Source of the DNA: Heteronotia binoei
Lineage: Eukaryota
Assembly: GCF_032191835.1 (NCBI RefSeq)
Contig: NC_083230.1
Location: 92,256,001 to 92,320,000 of the forward strand
DNA: 64,000 nucleotides
Reading direction: 5' to 3'
This document shows, piece by piece, positions 1-24,417 of this stretch. Made by a program: the position numbers and the translations under genes. The notes beneath the pieces were generated by a model. It was not told the DNA's origin. It worked only from the letters and a program-made list of their open reading frames with translations, and ran no database searches. Position 1 is the first letter of the stretch, and the number at the start of each line of letters is the position of its first letter.

Positions 1-507
1 AGAGCTATTTGCTTGCCAGATCACTGCCATAATCTCTTGGAAGTCATTAAAAATACACTGCACTGTAACAGTTGCCTTAGAAGTTACACTGTAAAAAACA
101 AAATATGTTAAAATACTATTAATACAATATCTCCATGGCGTAATCTGGAGTTTTCCTCATAAGCATTTTATGGAGTGTGTCATAAAATCAGAAATGCCTC
201 ATGCTATAAATGTCCTTCAAAAACAAATTGAAACTCCTGCAATGTTAGCAGAAATGGTACAAATAAATGAAACAAGATTTAAATATGGCTGGGATAGCTA
301 GCCCTGGCATTGGGCGGGGGGCATTGAGCTGTTTGTCCCAGCATTTTTCCTATCAGCTCACACTGAATTTTGTTTCCACACTTCCTTTGGTTTTTGAAAA
401 GCACAGAGGCGCAAAGCCAGAGCTTCTGGCCATGCAAAGACTTCCTTCCATGTGCAACAGGAGCAAGAAGGTGCTCTGAACTCCTCCAGGGATCTTGAGC
501 TCAAAAG

Positions 508-689
508 CAGGGCTTTTTTGTGGCAGGAACTCCTTTGCATATTACGCTACACCCCCCCTGATGTAGCCAATCCTCCAAGAGCTTACAGGGCTCTTCTTAA
601 AAGGCCTACTGTGAGCTCCAGGAGGATTGGCTACATCAGGGGTGTGTGGCCTAATATGCAAAGGAGTTCCTTCTACAAAAAAAGCCCTG
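508..689. mobile_element. Palindromic hAT MITE (CAGGGCTTTTTT termini)
   Basis: Long internal inverted symmetry; 8-bp TSD ctcaaaag/ctcagaag; half copies at ~56780-56865 and ~57720-57810. Confidence 0.85.
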
Positions 690-3054
690 CTCAGAAGCAA
701 CCCTTTTAAGCAAAGAGGAAGGCAGCTGAAGCTGCAGCTGCCTTTTGTTCACCTGTTTCATGCTCACTAAAAAAGTTATGCTGTGCCTACTGGGAGCAGC
801 CGAGAACACCAGATTTCAGTGTCTGGAGGGGAATTTAGTATACCTGAACTGACTGCAAGTCATAATGACAGGACATCCCCAAAAAACCATATCTGTCAAT
901 TAGCAAAACTATTTAGCATTTGAAAACAAGCAAAATTCTCTCAACCACTGACCCAGCACATGGCTGCTCACTGTGGTCAGCATTCATGTGTTAAGGTTGT
1001 CTTTGTCTACAATCAATCACATGATAAGACAGCTGAATAAGACCTCTGCCAACAACTGTTAGTAGGAAGCTGAAGTGACGTGGTTGAGTTTCCCTTCCTA
1101 GGTTGATGGATGCTCTAGATTACCTGCAGATTACAATGTGGTTACCTGCAAACCTCTGTAAGCAACCCAAAATGTTTTAAAAACCATGCATAACTAACAT
1201 ATTTAGGTACGATAGTGTATTACATAATATATTATTCACTGTTAAAATATTCACCTTTACCAAAGCTGTTGGGTATAACTACCAATAGAAGATGGTTATA
1301 ACCAAACAGCATTAGCAAGGGCCATATACATGATCTGAAGGTATGAGATGCTGCAGCATTACTGAAGTTATGACCTGATCAGTTCCTTGAATACAGGGCG
1401 TTCAGCATAAAAGCTAGATAAGACATGTATGAAAAAGTGACATGCAATGTACAATTCTGCCACTGATCTTAACAATGAAAACATTTATGTTGCGTTAGGG
1501 AGCTCAGATGCTAGATTTCCATTATGTTAATGAAGTTTATAAGGCATCCATTAATCCTCGGCATTTTAAATAAGAGCTCTAGACAGATGGTTGAGCCAGC
1601 ACTCAGTGGGGAGATCAAGATCCTGCCCTGACACTTCCTGGACTTCTGTGACACCCATACACTGGATACTGTGTATGTATAACCCATGTATTACAGTGTT
1701 TGCATAGCTCATGTACTGATTGTTACTGCACTCTATAATCTATCATCTCCTCCTACAGAATGCTCATGGTGGTATATATGTTCTCCCAATCTCCATTTAT
1801 TCCCTCACAACAACCTAGGTTAGGCTGAGAGAAAGGGACTGGTCCAAAGTCACCAAAGTAATTACACAGTAGTGCATATTTAAAGTCAGCTCTCCCTGTT
1901 TCCCCAGTACCACACCATACTAGCATAGGTCTCTATGCAAATGTGACCTATAAAGCATGGTTTCAGAAGGGTAGCTGTGATGGTCTGCAGCAGAAGAACT
2001 AGATACAGTTCATTAGCACCTCAACTGTAGCTCATATTAATACACAGATGGGTACTAGAAGAGACAGTGTTGCAGACCCGCAGCCAGGATTACAAATTTG
2101 GTGGGGCCACAGGCAGGATTTTTGTTTAGGGTGGCCATGGGGCTGGACTCTCATTGTCAACTCTCAAAATATTCTGTTAATGCCCCTAAAAAAACCAAAT
2201 GTCACGTTATCCCTTCTATTATCACAAAATTATGCACAAGCTTTCATCTTTCCCTGCATTTTTTATCAGGCTGGATGGTAAGGGGGCGGGGGAAGAGAAA
2301 GAAAGGGGTTAAGGCCTCTTGAACAGAGCGGCGACAAGCAACAGGGGACTGGTTGGTGGGGCCATAAAGGGATTTGATTGGTGGGGCCTGCGTTGCCCAT
2401 AGCTACAGGCCTGCAGTGTTGGGTAGTCAAAAGGACATGGTAGAGAAGGTCAGTCCAAGTCCTGATCCTCAGTAGAACACTGCTGAAATCTATATATGAC
2501 TATGTTTGATGCTCTGTAAGTGTTTAATGGAGTACCAACAGCAATCAAAAGTACTTATCAAAGTTATTACCTACCATAAGAGACCCTTATTTCAGCTAAT
2601 AAACTGTAGCTTCTATAATATTTAATACTTAAGATGCTGGTTTTTTCTAGATATTGCATAGTATGGCAACTATGAACTCTTTTCTAACATCACCTTATAC
2701 ATTGTTTATTCAAGTACAAAACCAAAGCTCTGGAAATTACTAGATAGATTTACTTAAAAAAAAAAAAAGATTATTCAGGCCTTCCATCCAGTAACGATAA
2801 CGAAAGAAAATGAAATGTTTCCATCAAAAAACACAATACTAGAAGTTTTGAACTCTTCACCCAAATACAAAGAGTATAGCTGGGCTTTGAAAATCCCACA
2901 GCTAAGAACGTCAATCCGTAGGAGAGGTTTTCATAAGCCTAACACTACATTTCATAGAGATGGATACTGGCAGGATCTCTAGATACAGACACTAGAGTAA
3001 CAGTCTCCTACTAGGTGTACCTTTCTATAGGTGAGCTTTTAACAACAGACATAC

Positions 3055-16374
<13,320 letters not shown>

Positions 16375-16545
16375 CTTTCCCCCCCGCTACCACAATGCAC
16401 CGCGGCGGGAGGGAGCCCAGGCGGCCGCTGGAGCCAGCTTCGCCCGGGAAAGCGCCCCAGGATGGAAGCCGCCGCTGAGGGGCTTGAAAGATATATAATA
16501 AGCAATGAATAGTGCTGCCGCCGCCGCCTCGTTCGCAGTCTAGGA

Positions 16546-16813
16546 CAAGGGTGCCCAAACTGTGGCCCGGGAGCCACATATGGCTCTTTCAGACATATTG
16601 TGTGGCTCTCGAAGCCCTCACCAGCCACGTTGGCCGGCGGCTTGGAGAATGCATTTAAAGTTAAAGTTGCTTTCTTTCCACCTCTCTATCTCCCTCCTTC
16701 ATCTATTTCCTTCCTTCCTTCTCTCAAACATCTGACGTTCATGTCTTGTGGCTCTCAAATATCTGATATTTATTCTGTGTGGCTCTTACTTGAAGCAAGT
16801 TTGGCCACCCCTG
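16546..16813. mobile_element. hAT MITE in the HCFC2 proximal promoter
   Basis: TIRs caagggtgcccaaac / gtttggccacccctg; perfect 8-bp TSD gtctagga; a 5' piece of the same family occurs at ~63692. Confidence 0.9.
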
Positions 16814-18540
16814 GTCTAGGAGAACCTTGCAGATGTCACGAGCTCGCACCTTGCAGGGTTGTGTCGTCTTTAATTTTGTTCCCCCCTCACTGCTAGTCCC
16901 TTTGAGTCGAGTGCTTCTGAACCTGTGCAGTTTCCCAAGGGGGCCTTGGAATGCCCCAAAGGAGGGCAGGACCGGATCTACATGTTTCTTGAGGGGGGGG
17001 GGGGCAAAATTAAAAAAATTGCACCCCCTTATGGGCCATCCTATCTTATGCTCCCATAGAATGCAATGGGCTCCATACCCAATTTGGCGCCCCCCCCTGT
17101 TGGTGCCCACGGAAAGCACAGCACCTTTAAGGCCTTTAAATCTTAAAGGTACTACTTGACTCGTGCTTCATTCCTACACGATTTAGCATTGAGTTCTGTA
17201 AGGCTAGTATATATATAATGTGAAGAAGAACTTTCTTTGGGGGCTTCTGAATTCTAGTGTTATGGGAGGGGAGAACTGTTCACTCCCTTGCTTATCCCCC
17301 CCCCCCAAAGAAAGCCTGAACTCTGGCTTTTCCCCCTTGAAGAAGGTGCTCTAATCCCTTCATTATTTTGGTTGCCTTTTTCTTCCCCCTTTGGATGAAT
17401 ATCCTTTTTGAAAAGGAGTGACAGAAAGGCTGCTGGGAGGCATTTGGTTGCATCCAGATGCTCATGGGAACAGTTATTTACTGTCATTCCTTTAGCATAG
17501 AAGGTCATTGTAATGCTGTTGTTATGTTGTCGCTATTTTCATCAGCCACAACACTAAAATTTCATTCTCAGGCAGTCACTGCCAGTTCAAATTCTTTCTG
17601 TATATACCCATCCCAAAACTAGATTTCTTGAATCTGTGTGTCTTAATTTTGGACTTCTTTATATTTGCTGTTTAAAGAGATCCTCTTAAAGCTCTTCACA
17701 AACCATCCTGAATAATTTGGTGCTATCTGCCAACTGCAAGGAAAGGAGTCTTTAGAGTACCGAGTCTGGGATGGGGTGGATAACACTTCATTTTCTTATC
17801 CAGGTAGTGTTGGAGGAAAGCAAGGAGCTTCATAACCATGTTTTCTTTCTCTGTTCTTCCTTTGTCCCTGTTTCTGTTGCCCATCTGAGATACACACAGG
17901 CAAGGTAGGCCAGAAGCACAGTAGAAGTAATGCACAGCGCACCAGCAGAGTAGCCAACACAGACTCTGGAGCAGAGCTATTCCAAAGGTATATCTTCACT
18001 TCAGAATGGTGAGCATGAAATGCATGTTCATCAGGGTATTATTTGTTGCAGAATGTTTGCCTTGGCAACACCATGAATTTCTTCTGAGCATCCTGGCTGT
18101 CTCTTGTTTGTGATCTAGTGTAGTGTAGTTTACTTGGTTCTGTCAGTATGTGTGAAACATACCGCTGCTCATCTCAGTTAAATTTTGATTTGAGAGTTAA
18201 TCTGTTTGGAAGGGATAATTTCATCCTGTGTATGTGTTAGATAGTAATACAGGAAAATGCAAGAAGATTGAGATAGATGCACCAAGGCTGGCCCTTCCTC
18301 CACTTGATGTTACATCCCTGTTGAAAAAAGCTTAATGCAGGGATCCCCATGGGTGCCATGGCGCCTGTGGACACTTTTCCTGGTGCCTGACAAATGCTTT
18401 AGAAAGTGGGTAGGGTTAAGTGGAGCTTTTGCCCGGCAGGGCTTCTAATTGGGTGCACAGACTAAAAGGCATCCTGTTAACCAGAGCTTCTGCCTGAAAT
18501 GTTGAATTCTGCCTGAAAATGTTGAATAATTCTACTATTA

Positions 18541-18676
18541 CAGGGGTGGCCGGTAGCTCTCCAGATGTTTTTTGCCTACAACTCCCATCAGCCCGAGCCA
18601 TTGGCCATACTGGCTGGGGCTGATGGGAGTTGTAGGCAAAAAAAACCATCTAGAGAACTACTGTTGGCCACCCCTG
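18541..18676. mobile_element. 136-bp palindromic hAT MITE nested in an older hAT element (~18338-18822)
   Basis: CAGGGGTGGCC termini; perfect TSD tactatta; same family as 35270-35406. Confidence 0.9.
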
Positions 18677-19149
18677 TACTATTAGTATTATATATAACCT
18701 CATTCCCTAACATTTTGTGCTTGGCTCCATCTTCTGTCGCAGCCATTTTGTGATTGTGCCCACTCCTCCCTCCATGTAAAATTCCAAAGGTACCCACAGG
18801 CTGGAAAAGGTTGGGGACCACTTAATGTATCTAGTGTATTCATTGTTTCTTATGTACATTTATAAACATTTCTACTGTCGTTTGAGATATGTTTTCCAAA
18901 AGGGCATTTACATTTTTGTTAGTTTCCCAAACAAAGAATCCCTGGGGTTTTTATTTCATTAACAATAAGTAAATATCATGCAGTATTCATTGCCCTGTCC
19001 ATTGTTCATGTTTTAAAAATACTTGTAAACTGATAGGCCCTGCCATGTTCAAGGCAGCTAAAAACAAATATTTAAGCAAAACTGTAATCTGAGCTCAGAA
19101 CTGTTTTTGAGGTTTCTTCTGGAAGAGCTTTTTCCCCCCTCTGGAATTT

Positions 19150-19543
19150 TCTCTCGGATGAGGATCAGCTGGAGGGGGAGGAAAGTTAGCCAAATCTGGA
19201 GCTGTGTCGTTCAGCACATCTGGAAGCAGTTTTGTGTGGCTCTCTCACTCCACCAAGCAATGTCTGGATTCTGTGCAGCTCCATAGTAGCAGAAAGGAAG
19301 GAAAACCTACTCTAAGTAAACTGCAAGAGAATTTCAAAGACATTTCCCTATCAAAACATGTCTATAGGGACTACAGAGGACTTCCAAGTCTCTTCTGTGC
19401 AGGATTTCAACAGGGATCTCACAAGAGATCCAGTTTGGGCATGATTTTCTTTTTTGTCCTGGACCATCCAGCAACCAAGAGCAACTGCCTTCCAGTTATT
19501 GTTCTGGAGAAAGACATCTTGATTGCTGTACTGCATTTAACAG
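19150..19543 (+). other. GLT8D2: Probable GLT8D2 5'UTR exon 1 (start position approximate)
   Basis: Unique-looking sequence ending in a consensus donor CAG|GTAAGA at 19543/19544, upstream of the ATG exon. The TSS cannot be determined from sequence. Confidence 0.5.
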
Positions 19544-19616
19544 GTAAGACATTCTACAGGAACCCAGTCCGTTTCCTTTTTCACTCCTGTTGCTGCGCCC
19601 TTTCATTTTGTTATAG

Positions 19617-19640
19617 GACCCTTCACCGTGGCTGGATAGA
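19617..19640 (+). other. GLT8D2: Probable 24-nt GLT8D2 5'UTR micro-exon
   Basis: Long pyrimidine tract plus ttatag| acceptor (19615-19616) and a consensus |GTAAGT donor at 19641; a 73-nt intron separates it from the previous donor. Confidence 0.5.
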
Positions 19641-20081
19641 GTAAGTATTCAGTGACAAACTTCCAAGAGTTTTAGTAAATGCCTTTACAGAGTTATGAGC
19701 AGATACGATCTCATTTTTGAAAAATGAGACTCCAACCTTGATCTTACAGAATTTTCATGTATTGAACCAAAAACAAGACCTTTGTGCTGGTTTGGATTCT
19801 AGAGTTTATGATCTGGTGCAAATTACATGGGTGTGACTGTTATGAAGGAAAGCATATGGTACATTTTACATGGTAAATGTGAGACCAAGTGTGGTTTGGG
19901 GCCCTGGTGAATGGGGATAGAACGGTTTTATTTACTTGTAAAAAGATTGCTTTGAATTTCTGTGCTTTAAAATGGGAAGTACATATGGACCACGCTGGAA
20001 AAAGAGGCTTCTAAAATAGAGCCCTTTCAACAATGTAAAGATTCTTTGTGTGTGGAAAGTCTGAGAATAATATCCTTAAAG

Positions 20082-21091
20082 CAGGGGTGTCGAACTCATT
20101 TGTTATGAGGGCCAGATCTGACATAAATTAGATGTTGTTGGGCCAGGCCATGTGATGCCAAGTAGCAGAGATACAAACTTTATGCAGACAAACACAATTA
20201 AGGAGTTAAAAAAAACCACTCAAAATAAAACATGCTTAAAAGATTAGCACTCTTGCAATATTTTGTTTGTTTAACAGTCTCCGATAACTGACACCTCTTG
20301 CTCTGAATTGCATCAAAATCTGAAGACAATGTGCTGCAGCATTTTTTTTCTTTTTAAATTAAACTAGTAGTTTGTTAATAAACAGAATTCTGCATTCTAC
20401 ATTCAAATATAAAACAACCAAGCAACAATCTTATTACAGGTAATTGTCACTAACATAATATTTCATATAAAACAGTATAATATTTTAAAAAGTTCATGAC
20501 TGCAATTATGCTTTCAGCTTTATATTAGGTAAGATAGTAAATCAATATTTCTCAACTGACCCTGGGAAATATTGTGATACATTTGTGCAATAAGTAAATA
20601 AGTAAATATTTATTGGCTCCCAATAGTTACTTATCTTATTGAGCACAATATGCTTCCACTCAATTCATATTACTCTGATCTGATCTATTTTTAAATTATC
20701 TGAAAGTAGATTATAGTTGTGCTGTAGCAATCTTGAGTAGCTGCTCAGGTGTTGTTCAGGTGTATGTCTGTAAGTTGCAAACCTACTTTTCATTACTGAT
20801 ATTCATTACAGAAATCTCATGGTCAATGCTTTGAGCCTAAGATCCAGTAGAAAACATGAAATGGCTGGACAGTACAAGCTTTTGTGCTTCATGTGCTGGT
20901 CAGCCAATGGAGAAAATAGAGGCATTGCTCTGTAGCTCCTGTGCAATGGAGCAAGCTTGGCAAAGCAATCTGTGATGGAGAAGGAAGCAAGAGAAAGAGA
21001 AGGAAGCAAATGGCAGTGAGTTGCTCGCAGGTCTGATGGGAGCCCTCTGGGGGCCTGATCTGGCCCTGGGGCCACATGTTTGACACCCCTG
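20082..21091. mobile_element. hAT non-autonomous element (same family as 7557 and 58042, opposite orientation)
   Basis: TIRs caggggtgtcgaac / gtttgacacccctg; TSD ccttaaag/ctttaaat. Confidence 0.85.
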
Positions 21092-21319
21092 CTTTAAATG
21101 ATACTTTTCCAGACTGATTCAGTAAATTATGCTACAATCCTGTGGACACTTACCTGGAAGTAAGTCCCATTGAATGGTAGGACTACTACTGTGGTTTACT
21201 GGTTAATATCCCAGCTAGGAGCTGTGAGAAGTTTGCTAGGTGACCTTGGACCAGTTACAATCTCTCAGCCTAACCAGAGGGTTGTTGTAAAGACAAGGAG
21301 GGGAAGAGAAAGATGTAAG

Positions 21320-21562
21320 TAGGATTGCCAGGTCATCCCAGCTAGCAGGGGATAGGTGGAGTGGTGTTGTAAAATCCAGGTTGGGAAACTCCTAGATATT
21401 TGGGGATGGAGCCTGGAGAGGACAAGGACCTCAGTGTAGTACAGTGACAAAGAATCCACCCTCCAAAACATCCATCTTCTCCAGGGAAACTGATCCTTGT
21501 AGACTGAAGATGAACTGTAATTCCGGGGGATCCCAAGGGCTCATCTGGAGCTGGCATCCCTA
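21320..21562. mobile_element. hAT MITE with TAGG(G/A)TTGCCAG termini
   Basis: TIR pair plus perfect 8-bp TSD gatgtaag; an older relative lies at 36570-36744. Confidence 0.8.
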
Positions 21563-22157
21563 GATGTAAGTCACTTGAAGTCCCCATTGGGGAGAGAGGC
21601 AATATATAAATGAAATAAGTAAATAAATAAATCATGAGTAAACATACATAGGATCACACCATATATGTATTAATGGGGCCATTGCAATACTGATGAATCT
21701 ATTTGTTAAGAACAGAGGAGCAACTGTGGTGGATCAGACCACTTAGTCCTGCACCCTGTTTCACACAGTAGCCAACCAGTTAGTTAGTTTATTTGATTTA
21801 TATCTTGCCCTCCACACTGAAGCAGGCTCAGGACGGCTCACAAACACAACAGAATAATAATAAAAACAGTTAAATTAAACATTAAAATAAACAATTTAAA
21901 ACAGTTTAAACAACCAGATGCCCCAAGCAGAACTATGGCAGCAACACAAAGGCCAAAACCTTTCACTGTTGTTTCCATTCAGCACTAGTATGCAGTGAGT
22001 TACTAATAGAACCTCCACATTACTGTGTGGAGGCTCATGGCTAGTAACTATTAACGTATCTGTGACTTTTTTCTGACTGCCTTCTAATGCCAACTATATG
22101 CAACATATATGAGATGAGAAACCACTAGAACAGGTTCCCTTTTTTAAATATTTAGGT

Positions 22158-22500
22158 GTGCTGTTCCATCAGTCAGCCTCTTGGACCTCTCATACTGACT
22201 ATGCTAGGCGTAATCTCAAAAAAGCTGCTGTGGGGCAATTGCGATTTTATAGGAGAAGAGGTGGATGCTTGATACGTCCAGCTGTAGAAATCTACAAAAT
22301 GCAGTTATTACCCCAGCTTCTGTATGGAGCACCAGTATGGGCTTCTGGAAATCTTCATACTTTAGAAATTTCCCAAAATAAATTTACACACAGGCTTCTT
22401 GCTGTCCCACCTTCAACACCTTCTGTAATGACTAGAATAGAATTATCTTTATCTCAGATAACAACCTTAGTTCATAAAATATTTAACATCTCACTATCTT
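22158..22500 (+). mobile_element. Non-LTR retrotransposon RT C-terminal fragment (RTEX-like; clade tentative)
   Basis: IYKMQLLPQLLYGAPVW...LEISQNKFTHRLLAVPPSTP...RIEL motif pattern. Confidence 0.6.
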
Positions 22501-22555
22501 CTATGTGAATAAATTAAAAATATGATTGTAAAACTTTTCAATTCAGAATAACAAA

Positions 22556-22720
22556 CTCTTGTGAGATCCCAGTTGAAATCCTGCAGAGAAGAGACTTGGA
22601 AGTCCTCTGTAGTCCCTATAGACATGCTTTGATAGGGAAATGTCTTTTGAAATTCTCTTGCAGCTTACTTAGAGTAGGTTTTCCTTTCTTTCTGCTACTA
22701 TGGAGCTGCACAGAATCCAG
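22556..22720 (-). repeat. Inverted copy (~95% identical) of 19264-19427
   Basis: The reverse complement aligns end to end (165 vs 164 nt) with about 6 differences. Confidence 0.95.
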
Positions 22721-22789
22721 TGGTTAATCTAACTCAGAAGGCCTGGATGGGCAGCAGTACTCTTTTCTGCTTTAGGAGGAGAATATTCA

Positions 22790-23001
22790 TATGAACATAT
22801 GAAGCTGCCTTATACTGAATCAGACCCTTGGTCCATGAAAGTCAGTATTGTCTTCTCAGACTGGCAGCGGCTCTCCAGGGTCTCAAGCTGAGGTTTTCCA
22901 CACCTATTTGCCTGGACCCTTTTTTGGAGATGCCAGGGATTGAACCCGGGACCTTCTGCTTCCCAAGCAGATGCTCTACCACTGAGCCACCATCCCTCCC
23001 C
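22790..23001 (-). mobile_element. tRNA-derived SINE with a CR1-like 3' tail
   Basis: Head gtggctcagtggtagagcatctgcttgggaagcagaaggtcccgggttcaatccctggc (A and B boxes); tail ...aaggcagcttcatatgttcat; second copy at 37019-37221. Confidence 0.8.
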
Positions 23002-23084
23002 TGCAGTCTGGGAATGGCAGCTGAATAAGCCCTCTCATAGATCTCTGCCCACCTAACTTCAGCTAAGGCGGCTTCTCCTCCTCC

Positions 23085-23810
23085 TCATTATTATTGAATT
23101 GCCTCATCCCAGCCAATGTCGGGCTCTAGGCAATGTACAACAAGAAATACACATAAAACCAATAAAACCAGTTAATTAAAAAGAGTTGCAACCCAGTGGA
23201 CATTCTTTATAATGTGCTATAGTTCTGCTTTCTAGGCATTGGGAGCAGAGGGGGCTGCCAGCCTGGCAATCATCACTGTCCTCAAGCAGAAGCCTGGTGG
23301 AACACCTCTGCTTTACAGGCCCTGTGGAATTGTAAAAGATCCCGGAGGACCCTGGTGTCTTCCAGCAGAGAGTTCCACTAGGTCAGGGCCAGGTCTGAGA
23401 AAGTCCTGGCCCTCGTTGAGGACAGCTGGACCTCTTTAGGGCTGGCGATCACCAGTAGGTTTCAACTAGTGTAGCATAGTGCTCTTTCAGGGACATAGTA
23501 CTCTTCCAGGGAGGAGGCGGTCCCGTAGATACATCAGTCCCAGACTGCTCAAGGCCTTAAAGGTCATAACCAAAACCTTGAATCTAACTCAGTACTCAAC
23601 CAGAAGCCAGCATAGGTAGCTGCTGCAGCACAGGTAGAAAGTGTGCTGTCCATGATGTTCCTGTCAGGAGAGAGCACCATGCATGGATTTGACCGCTCAG
23701 GCAGGTTGATACGGATTGAAGTGGCCTCTGTGGCAGATGGGGGATAACCTTGGCTGTGCATAACTGTCAAGGGGAAGTAGGTCTGGTGGTGCTCAAAACT
23801 CCAGAGCAAG
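23085..23810 (-). mobile_element. Degraded L2 3' fragment
   Basis: Similar to the L2 C-terminal and 3'UTR sequence of the young copies (ttatgacctttaaggcc..., tggaactctct...). Confidence 0.6.
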
Positions 23811-24398
23811 TTGTATCTGGGTGTACATATATTGTTCCTGGCTCACTCAAATGAGATTAAAATAAGAACTTCTGATATAGCTCAAGTCAAGATTGAATTG
23901 AATCTGTTTCAGGTTACAAGTACATCAAGACAAAGCACTGTCACATTTCACCATCCTGATCAATAGCTATTGGTGGACCTATCCTGCATGATTTTGTTTA
24001 ATCTCTTTTTAAAGTCATCTAAGATAGTAGGTATCACTACTATATTTAATGACAGTACCACATATTCCCCCTCTTTCTTATGCCTCATGAAGGTAGATCA
24101 CTTTGGACGCTGAGAGCTGTAGCACTGTGAGGAGGAACAGGAGCAAGTGTTACATTAGAATACTTAAAAAATTTCCCTGAGGATGCTTACTGTTGGAAAT
24201 GCATTATACATTTCTAATCTCTATTAGATAGATTGGGGATGTTTCCCCTCCAAGTAAAAAGCAACATCTGATGTCAACATCTAGGTCTCTGAAACACTAA
24301 GTCCAGATAAGGTATGCCTACTTTTGATCATGTTTTAACTTTCCTCTCCCTGTCTTTCATTCTTTCAGTAACAGGTTGCAGCCCTCCAAAAGGGACAC

Positions 24399-24417
24399 AT
24401 GGCTTTACTCCGAAAAA
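24399..24417 (+). CDS. GLT8D2: GLT8D2 coding exon 1 (19 nt of CDS)
   Basis: ATG GCT TTA CTC CGA AAA A|gtaaga = MALLRK. Confidence 0.9.

Noticed and set aside
850-910. Stretch resembling HCFC2 exon 6 (atggttttttggggatgtcc on minus)
   Set aside because: No frame gives MYxFGGWVP, so exon 6 must lie left of the window.
18055-18069. RFX X-box-like tttgccttggcaac
   Set aside because: Single imperfect match with no conservation data; expected by chance in 64 kb.
19204-19644. 146-aa ORF upstream of GLT8D2
   Set aside because: GTG start, runs through two strong donor sites, and has no recognisable homology; better read as 5'UTR exons.
22930-22995. tRNA-like sequence with A and B boxes
   Set aside because: It is the head of a SINE fused to a CR1-type tail, with a second degenerate copy at ~37160-37210; not a tRNA gene.
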